NCBI GenBank assembly: GCA_032250835.1
Contig: JAVVEA010000012.1
Location: forward strand, 32,001-96,000
Direction: 5' to 3'
DNA: 64,000 nt
From: a bacterium
GTDB lineage: Bacteria > SAR324 > XYD2-FULL-50-16
Under the pieces are notes generated by a model. The model had not been told where the DNA came from. It worked only from the letters and a program-made list of their open reading frames with translations, and did not search any database. Within the stretch, counting starts at the first letter, position 1; each line of letters opens with the position of its first letter. Positions 57,415-64,000 of the stretch are shown here, piece after piece. The translations under genes were made by a program, and so were the position numbers.

Positions 57415-59672
57415 TTATTGAACTTAGCGGCTAAGGCGGCCAAGTCGGCCTTAAAGTCGCCGGTCGCTTGGGGCGCTTGGGCTTTAGGCTGGGCCTTGGG
57501 GCGTCCTGCGCCGCGAGCCGAACCGGACTGACCGCCTCCGCTGCCCGTTTGGCGTGCACTGAGGGCGATCCGCTGGCGCTCTAGGTCCACACTCAAAACC
57601 CGCACCTTGATCACCTGACCCACCGAACAGACCTCAGCGGGGTCCTTGATGAACCGGTCGGCCAGTTCCGAGAGATGCACCAAGCCGTCTTGGTGGACCC
57701 CTAGGTCCACAAAGACGCCGAAGTGGGTCAGGTTGGTGACGGTGCCTTCTAGCTCCATGCCCGGTTCAAGGTCCTTGATATCTTGGATGCTGTCGTCTAA
57801 TTGGGCGGCCACAAATTCCTGGCGCGGGTCCCGGCCCGGCTTTTTGAGTTCTTCGATGATGTCCACCAGCGTGGGCAAGCCCACCTCGCCGCCCACATAC
57901 TTTTGTTTGTCTAGCTTGGCTAGCGCCGCTTCGTTGCCGATCAACTCGCCAACGGCCAGCCCTAAATCCTTGGCCATCTGGCGCACCAGCCCATAATTCT
58001 CGGGATGTACCGCCGAGCGGTCTAAGGGCTCGCTACCTTCAATGATCCGTAAAAAACCCGCCGCCTGCTCAAAGGTCTTGGGGCCAAAACGAGGGACCTT
58101 CTTGAGGGCCGCGCGGCTTTCAAACCCGCCTGCTTGGTCGCGGTGGGTCACAATGGATTTGGCTAAATTGGCGTTGAGACCGGCCACGTAAGAGAGCAAC
58201 GGGGCCGAAGCGGTGTTTAGGTTCACCCCCACATGGTTCACGCAGCTTTCTACGGTGTCGTCGAGCCGCTTCTTTAACAGCCGCTGGTTCACGTCATGTT
58301 GGTACTGCCCGACGCCGATGGACTTGGGGTCGATTTTGACCAACTCGGCTAAGGGGTCTTGGAACCGGCGGGCGATAGAGATGGCCCCGCGCAAGGTCAG
58401 GTCCAGGTCCGGGAACTCTTCACGGGCAATGTCTGAGGCCGAATAGATCGACGCGCCGGACTCGTTGACAAAGATAGGCCGGAGTTTGTCGGTGAGGCCC
58501 TCGTCGGCGATGAAGGCCTTCAAAAAGGCCATCACCTCGCGGCTGGCGGTGCCGTTGCCCAAGCAGACCACCTCGGCCCCATATTGCTTGACCAGCGACT
58601 TGAGCACCGCCCGGCTTTGGGGGACCTGTTTCTGGGGCTCTACGGGGTAAATAGCCCCATGGTCCAGCAACTTCCCGTTGCCGTCGACCACCACCCACTT
58701 GGTGCCGGTACGAAAGCCCGGGTCCAGGCCAATGGTCACCTTGGCCCCACCCAAGGGAGCCAGTAGCAGGTCGCGCATGTTTTTGCCGAAGATCCCAATG
58801 GAGTCTTCGTCGGCCCGTTCCTTCAGCTCTAAGCGCAGTTCCACTTCGATAGTCGAAGAAAGCAACCGGTCCCAGGTGTCGGCCAGCACCAACTCCAACT
58901 GGTCCTTATGTTGGGCCCCACTGGGGAGGAAATGACTGCGCAGGATGTCCAAGACCGCTTCAGCAGGCAGGTCGAGACGCAGGCGCAAGATTTTTTCCTC
59001 TTCGCCCCGCCGGATCGCTAAAAACCGGTGGGCCGGGATCTTGCGGATCGGTTCCTGGTATTCGTAATAGTCGTTGAACTTGGTTTTTTGCTCCGCAAAC
59101 TCGGGGCGCACCTCGGTGCGGATTTCGCCTAAGCGGCGGCAGAGGTCGCGGATCGCTTCTTTGGGGGCCGCGTCGTCGGCAAAACGCTCGGCCAATATGT
59201 CCCGCGCCCCTTTGAGCAAAGCCCGGTCCTCGGGCCGTTCTTGGCCTTCGGGGGGTTGGAAGGCGGCCATCCAGGCCTCTAGGTCGCCGCCCTGCAATAA
59301 CATTTCAGCCAGCGGCTCTAAGCCCAGCTCCTTGGCGATGGTCGCGCGGGTGCGCCTTTTGGGGCGGTAGGGCAGGTAAAGGTCTTCTAAGGCTTGCTTG
59401 GTGGTGGCCCCATGGATTTGGGCCTTGAGTTGGTCGGTCAGTTTGCCCTGTTCGACCAGACTGGCTTCGATGGCCTCTTTACGCTGGGCCAATTCGCCTA
59501 GGTATTCTAAGCGCTCTTGGATCTGCCGGATTTGGACTTCGTCTAGGTTACCGGTGCGCTCTTTGCGGTAACGGGCAATAAAAGGTACCGTAGCGCCTTC
59601 GCCGAACAGCTCGGCTACGCGCTGGACCTGGCCGGGCGTAATGCCCAGCTCAGTTGCGACCAGTTCGATCAT
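57411..59672 (-). CDS. tex: Tex/YhgF transcription accessory protein with S1 domain
   Basis: GATVPFIARYRKERTG, EDLYLPY, GLDPGFRTG, GASIYSAS, IGVGQYQHDV, S1 domain; ATG at 59672 preferred. Confidence 0.95.
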   Translation of the reverse strand: MIELVATELGITPGQVQRVAELFGEGATVPFIARYRKERTGNLDEVQIRQIQERLEYLGELAQRKEAIEASLVEQGKLTDQLKAQIHGATTKQALEDLYLPYRPKRRTRATIAKELGLEPLAEMLLQGGDLEAWMAAFQPPEGQERPEDRALLKGARDILAERFADDAAPKEAIRDLCRRLGEIRTEVRPEFAEQKTKFNDYYEYQEPIRKIPAHRFLAIRRGEEEKILRLRLDLPAEAVLDILRSHFLPSGAQHKDQLELVLADTWDRLLSSTIEVELRLELKERADEDSIGIFGKNMRDLLLAPLGGAKVTIGLDPGFRTGTKWVVVDGNGKLLDHGAIYPVEPQKQVPQSRAVLKSLVKQYGAEVVCLGNGTASREVMAFLKAFIADEGLTDKLRPIFVNESGASIYSASDIAREEFPDLDLTLRGAISIARRFQDPLAELVKIDPKSIGVGQYQHDVNQRLLKKRLDDTVESCVNHVGVNLNTASAPLLSYVAGLNANLAKSIVTHRDQAGGFESRAALKKVPRFGPKTFEQAAGFLRIIEGSEPLDRSAVHPENYGLVRQMAKDLGLAVGELIGNEAALAKLDKQKYVGGEVGLPTLVDIIEELKKPGRDPRQEFVAAQLDDSIQDIKDLEPGMELEGTVTNLTHFGVFVDLGVHQDGLVHLSELADRFIKDPAEVCSVGQVIKVRVLSVDLERQRIALSARQTGSGGGQSGSARGAGRPKAQPKAQAPQATGDFKADLAALAAKFNK

Positions 59673-59685
59673 ATTAACTTGGGGA

Positions 59686-61320
59686 TTAGAGGGTCTTCGC
59701 CGCGAGCGGCATCCGCCAACCGGTGCCAAAGGCCAATTCATGGATCTTAAGGCCCGGAGGTGATTGTTTGCGTTTGAACTCGGCACCGCGCACCTTGCGG
59801 ATGATGTCCCAGACCATCTCGGCATCAAAGCCTTCGTCGATGATCTCCTGCCCGCTTAAGCGCTGTTCGATAAAGCGCAGCAAGATGGCGTCTAAGGTGT
59901 CGTAGTCCGGCAGGCTGTCTTGGTCCTTTTGGTCGGGACGCAACTCCGCCGAAGGGGCCTTGGTGAGGATTTCTTCGGGGATCGGGTTGCCGTGGTGGGC
60001 GTTGATCCAGCGCGCCATGCGGTAAACCCGGCTCTTGGGCAGGTCGCTGATCACCGCCAGGGCCCCGGCCATATCGCCGTATATGGTGCAGTAACCCACC
60101 GAAAGCTCGCTCTTGTTGCCCGTCGAGAGCAACAACGAATTTTCTTCATTTGAAAGGGCCATCAAGAGGTTGCCACGGATGCGGGCTTGTAGGTTTTCGG
60201 CCGTTAGCCCCTGGGGCTCTGCGCCGAATAGGCCCTTTAGGCTCGCATCAAAGCTGGACATCAACGGGCCGATGGGAACCTCTTTGGCAACCACGCCCAG
60301 GCGCTGGGCCAATTCCTTAGAATCATCCAAGCTGCCTTGGCTCGAGTGGCGCGAAGGCATCATCAAGGCGGTGACGTTCTCGGGGCCTAAGGCGTGCGCG
60401 GCGATCACCGCCACCAGGGCCGAGTCGATCCCGCCCGAAAGACCCAAACAGGCCTTCTTGAAGCCACACTTGTGGATATAGTCGCGCGTACCGGTGACCA
60501 GCGCCCCGAAGATTTCGGCGTCTTCGTCGTATTCAGGTTCCACCACCCCCTGGGGGTCATAGAGGTCTACGATGATCACGTCTTCTTCAAAGAGGCGGCC
60601 TTGGGCTAGCTTGTTTCCTTGACCATCATAGGCCATGCTGCGGCCGTCGAAGATCAGGTCATCGTTGCCACCCACTTGGTTGACGTAGACCAAGGGCACC
60701 TTCGACTTCTTGGCAATGCTCTGGAGCATCGCTTCCTTTTGTTTGTTTTTGCCCAAAGAAAAGGGCGAACTGGAAAGATTGACCACCACCTCGACCCCCT
60801 GAGCCCGTAGATCACTGAGCGGGTTGGTGGCGTACAGCGGGCTGGCTTTAAAGAGGTGGTCGTTCCAAATATCTTCGCAGATGGTGATGCCCACCATCTT
60901 CCCGGCCAGTTCCATGATCTGGCTTTCTTTACTCGATTCAAAATAACGGGCTTCGTCGAAGACGTCGTAGTTGGGCAGCAGTTTCTTTTGGAAACTGGCC
61001 TTGATCAAGCCTTCATGCAGCAAGAAGGTGCTGTTAAACAGCGGTTTGCCCATGCCGCTGAGGTTGAGCTCTGGCGCGCCGACCAGCATAGCCGGGCCGC
61101 CGTTTAGGTCTTGAGCCAAGCGTTCTAGTTGCAGACGGCAGCGGTCGATCAGGGCGTAGTTAAACAGCAGGTCTTTGGCCGGGTAACCGACCAGCGCTAA
61201 CTCAGAGGTGATGATCAGGTCCACCGGTTCGGTGATGGTCCGTACTGCCTTGAGGATGCGTTCGGCATTTCCTTCAATGTCCCCAACCAATAGATTGAGC
61301 TGCAACAGGGCGATTCGCAT
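59686..61320 (-). CDS. nadE: Glutamine-dependent NAD+ synthetase
   Basis: Nitrilase domain (SEL, KKLLPNYDVFDE, ICEDIW) plus GLSGGIDS, ENLQARIRG, TGNKSE, PSAELRPDQ. Confidence 0.96.
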   Translation of the reverse strand: MRIALLQLNLLVGDIEGNAERILKAVRTITEPVDLIITSELALVGYPAKDLLFNYALIDRCRLQLERLAQDLNGGPAMLVGAPELNLSGMGKPLFNSTFLLHEGLIKASFQKKLLPNYDVFDEARYFESSKESQIMELAGKMVGITICEDIWNDHLFKASPLYATNPLSDLRAQGVEVVVNLSSSPFSLGKNKQKEAMLQSIAKKSKVPLVYVNQVGGNDDLIFDGRSMAYDGQGNKLAQGRLFEEDVIIVDLYDPQGVVEPEYDEDAEIFGALVTGTRDYIHKCGFKKACLGLSGGIDSALVAVIAAHALGPENVTALMMPSRHSSQGSLDDSKELAQRLGVVAKEVPIGPLMSSFDASLKGLFGAEPQGLTAENLQARIRGNLLMALSNEENSLLLSTGNKSELSVGYCTIYGDMAGALAVISDLPKSRVYRMARWINAHHGNPIPEEILTKAPSAELRPDQKDQDSLPDYDTLDAILLRFIEQRLSGQEIIDEGFDAEMVWDIIRKVRGAEFKRKQSPPGLKIHELAFGTGWRMPLAAKTL

Positions 61321-61943
61321 TAGTTGACGGGCTCCACCAAGAGGGAGTTGATCACTTTACGCAGGTTGGCCACATCGGCACCGACCACTTTAATGCTGTC
61401 TTGGATCACCAAGGTCGGGGTGGACTCGACCCCTTTGGCTTGAGCGTAAGCAACGCCGTCATTCATTTGCGCCACAATCTTCGGGTCGTCCATTTGGGTT
61501 TCAAACTCAGCGCTCAGGCCGGTCAACTTGGCCACAAACTGAAGCTTGTCGCGGGTGAACATGCTCTTGCCCAGTCCTTTGTCGTGCACAAAGTTAAAGA
61601 TCATTTCCTTGACCTCATGTTCCTTTTCGGGGCCCTTGCGGCGCGCGATCAGGAGCAAACGACCGGGATCGTGCCCGCCCCAGCCGATAGGCACCGAGAC
61701 CAACTTAAGCCGATTACCAAACTCCGCCTGGAGCGCCGGAAGTTGTTTGTGCAGCTCATAACAATGAGGGCAACCAAAGAAAAAAACCTCATGGACCGTG
61801 ACCTGCTTAAGGCTGTGCGCTTTAGGTGCCACCGCCGGAGGAATGGGCTCGTAATGACCGTCAAGGGCCTGGGCGAAAAGCGCCGGGGCCAAGAGAGGGA
61901 AGAAGCAGAGCAGGGCCAAAGCCCCTTTAATGGGTCCCATCAT
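61320..61943 (-). CDS. DsbA-family thiol:disulfide oxidoreductase
   Basis: Signal peptide; EVFFFGCPHCY; GVESTPT cis-Pro loop. Confidence 0.85.
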   Translation of the reverse strand: MMGPIKGALALLCFFPLLAPALFAQALDGHYEPIPPAVAPKAHSLKQVTVHEVFFFGCPHCYELHKQLPALQAEFGNRLKLVSVPIGWGGHDPGRLLLIARRKGPEKEHEVKEMIFNFVHDKGLGKSMFTRDKLQFVAKLTGLSAEFETQMDDPKIVAQMNDGVAYAQAKGVESTPTLVIQDSIKVVGADVANLRKVINSLLVEPVN

Positions 61944-61952
61944 CAGACTACC

Positions 61953-63191
61953 TTAGTGTTGGATCTTGGGGTAATAGGTTTCAAAGCGAAACTTGGGGGA
62001 GTGTGATCCTTGGTGGCAGGTCGTGCATACCCGCTCCGTAACGGGTTTGCGGTTCTTTTTGAACTCAGCGTCTTGGGCATGGGCTTCGGCTACAACTCCG
62101 TGGCAGTTTTCACAACCCACGTTCTGTAACTCCGGCGTAAGCTCCTTGGAAAGGAACCCCCCTTTGCGCATCCCCTGAACGTGGCAGACGATGCAATCCG
62201 GATCGTATTGACGACCGGCCGCTTCCAAGACACTAAAGGCCTTAGAGTGATCCGAGTCAGCCCAGGCTTTGCCTGCTTTAGGGTGACAATTTACACAGTA
62301 GGCACTGCCCTTGTAAACCCTTTTGTCCGGCTTGGCGGACTGGCTTTCGAGAAAGGCCATAAAGAGCCCCTCTACCTTTTTGTCGTAGTCTTTAAAGTCC
62401 TTGGCCCAGGAGGAGTCATTGGCCACGGTATTATCCAGCCAGTCTATGGTGGGTTTTTGCTGGACAGCACCCAGGTCGAGCCGCAAGACCCCTTGCCCCT
62501 TGATGGGCGGCTTGGGCCATTTTTTACCCCCAGCGGTTTCTTCGAAGGTCTGTTTTTCTTCAAGGATCGCTTGGTTTGCCACTAGAATTTGGTCAAAAAG
62601 CCCGGAGTCGGTTAGCTGCTGTAGCTCGGCGGCATTGCCCCGAAAGAGCAGGAGGTTCTTCCATTCCGCAGATTTAAGCCCACGGACCCGCTTAATCAGC
62701 GCCTGGGGCCCATCTAACAGTTGGGTCTTGTGGGTTCCTTGGCTCAGCAGCTCCGGCGAGAGGTAGCCAAAAAATTTCCAACCGCCGCGGTGTTTGATCC
62801 GCTCGGTAAAGGCCAGTTCGCCTTTGTGGTTAGTCAGCAGGTAAGGCAGGCGATTCTTGGCGATCCCCCGTTTGCCCATAGAAAATTCCGCCGGACCGGG
62901 AAGCATGGCAAAAAGCCTTTGTTGGCGGAAGAGCTTTAAGAAGAGGGCGTTTTTCAGTTGCCCCTGGGGGTTCGGCTCCACCGCGTAGTTGCCTAGATCG
63001 ACCCAAAGCCGGTCTTTGCCCAAGTGTTCCTTCAGGTAGGTCGCCAACCGCTCGATCCCGCCCTTTTCCTGGCCCGGCTCGCAGCCGCAGGGGCGGATTT
63101 CACCCAGGATTTGACCGGTCACACGCAGTTCTAGTGCGTCGGCCCCGAGGCTCCAAAAACAAAGACTAATTAGCAGCAGCCAGCGTTTCAT
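61953..63191 (-). CDS. Periplasmic UshA-like (degenerate metallophosphoesterase) domain fused to a tetraheme c554-type cytochrome
   Basis: GEIRPCGC...GGIER, VDLGN; four CXXCH motifs (CVNCH, CIVCH, CENCH, CTTCH). Confidence 0.75.
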   Translation of the reverse strand: MKRWLLLISLCFWSLGADALELRVTGQILGEIRPCGCEPGQEKGGIERLATYLKEHLGKDRLWVDLGNYAVEPNPQGQLKNALFLKLFRQQRLFAMLPGPAEFSMGKRGIAKNRLPYLLTNHKGELAFTERIKHRGGWKFFGYLSPELLSQGTHKTQLLDGPQALIKRVRGLKSAEWKNLLLFRGNAAELQQLTDSGLFDQILVANQAILEEKQTFEETAGGKKWPKPPIKGQGVLRLDLGAVQQKPTIDWLDNTVANDSSWAKDFKDYDKKVEGLFMAFLESQSAKPDKRVYKGSAYCVNCHPKAGKAWADSDHSKAFSVLEAAGRQYDPDCIVCHVQGMRKGGFLSKELTPELQNVGCENCHGVVAEAHAQDAEFKKNRKPVTERVCTTCHQGSHSPKFRFETYYPKIQH

Positions 63192-63915
63192 AGCTTAAGT
63201 CCGCGTGAATTTTTAAGTAACGGCAGCCCTCAAGCCAACCGGGAACCACCACCGCATGGCCGGACTCGATGCTTTGGTCGATCGGTTCGCTCGGGTGGAA
63301 GTGGCCGACCAACACTAATTTAGGGCGTTCCTGGGCGGCCAGTTGGCGGGTCCAGTTTTCCCACTGTTCGGTAGGAAAGGACATCTTATAGTTCAGGTTG
63401 CTTTCGCGCAATTTGGCTTCTAAGCCAAACATAAGCTTCTTGGCCCAGGCCTTGGGCATCAACTCAAAGGCCCAGCGAAAGACCCGGCTACGGATCACCT
63501 TGCGCCAACGCAGGTACGCCCGGTCTTCTTGGTTGACCAGGTCGCCATGGGTGCAGAGGAGCAGCCCTTGGGGCGTTTCGATACGGTCAAAGTCTTGGGC
63601 GATGCGCGCAAAGGGGAGGCCTTGATAGGGCGGCTCGCCGACTTGGACTTCTTTAAAAAAGGCATCCCGGTTCCCGACCACTAGGCGCGAACTCCCCCCG
63701 CGCTCCCTAAAAGCCCAGAGGGTGGCCATTAGGGCTTTGACTTCGTCGGTATGGAACCTTTCGGGCCCGGCCCAGATATGGAAAAGGTCGCCTAAGAAGA
63801 TCAACTCCTGGCGGGCGGGGTCGAGGCTTAAGATCAGTTGAGTGACCGCTGCCAAATCGCCGGGACGGGCTCCTAGGTGCGGGTCGGCGATAGCGATCCA
63901 TTCGGTTGCGCCCAT
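63166..63915 (-). CDS. lpxH: UDP-2,3-diacylglucosamine diphosphatase-like metallophosphoesterase
   Basis: IADPHL, FLGDLF, VGNRD, THGD, YLRWRK, VGHFH. Confidence 0.78.
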   Translation of the reverse strand: MGATEWIAIADPHLGARPGDLAAVTQLILSLDPARQELIFLGDLFHIWAGPERFHTDEVKALMATLWAFRERGGSSRLVVGNRDAFFKEVQVGEPPYQGLPFARIAQDFDRIETPQGLLLCTHGDLVNQEDRAYLRWRKVIRSRVFRWAFELMPKAWAKKLMFGLEAKLRESNLNYKMSFPTEQWENWTRQLAAQERPKLVLVGHFHPSEPIDQSIESGHAVVVPGWLEGCRYLKIHADLSYETLAAAN

Positions 63916-64000
63916 GATCCTTATAGAAACGGGGGTTGGGTTTTGCCCCTAATAGATAGTTGGTTTGCGCCCAAACTGGCAAGTTGTAGCAAGAAACCTT

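Noticed and set aside
59673-59828. N-terminal extensions in the ORF track (tex; likewise rsbR, xthA, fliD, SulP, napA and the transglutaminases)
   Set aside because: They overlap neighbours or lack family similarity; downstream starts match family N-termini or SD sites
63070-63100. Selenocysteine in the UshA-like protein
   Set aside because: The motif is encoded as Cys-Gly-Cys with no in-frame TGA
1-64000. CRISPR arrays, tRNA/rRNA, IS elements, prophage, reverse transcriptase
   Set aside because: No periodic repeats, cloverleaf patterns, or transposase, integrase, RT or phage structural motifs seen by eye

Overview
Gene-dense bacterial chromosomal segment from a Gram-negative, flagellated organism. 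Gene content loosely suggests a deltaproteobacteria-like lineage such as SAR324, but this is unverified. Left to right: ectoine ABC transporter (ehuCDA); CPA antiporter plus CBS protein; an Omp85-like barrel, hemolysin III, a six-hairpin glycosidase-like gene and a PHP-GT4 fusion; a transglutaminase/CP-ATP-grasp/alpha-E trio; napDAB; a hybrid histidine kinase; a globin-sensor stressosome (RsbRSTX) with a PAS-GGDEF-EAL output; SulP; an RRM protein; birA, xthA, rodZ, a glmU-like gene, glmS and a HAD hydrolase; a flagellar locus (two flagellins, fliS, a very long fliD); SLC13; rimP-nusA-infB-rbfA; three paralogous beta-barrels; tex, nadE, a DsbA-like gene, a tetraheme fusion and lpxH. I saw no rRNA, tRNA, CRISPR array or transposase. 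The most striking signal is non-coding and lies in the flagellar locus. (1) A sigma54-type promoter on the + strand points into a 23-nt exact antisense copy of the start of one flagellin, with a second 8-nt match to its SD; this is a candidate paralog-specific sRNA. (2) The other flagellin has a sigma28 promoter and a long leader with AGGA-loop hairpins typical of CsrA sites. (3) About 750 nt upstream of fliD hold two sigma28 promoters, a sigma54-like promoter, a large structured RNA and an anti-SD arm that only the longer transcripts would contain. Together these suggest an undescribed RNA-based circuit controlling filament composition. All promoter and RNA calls are by-eye predictions.
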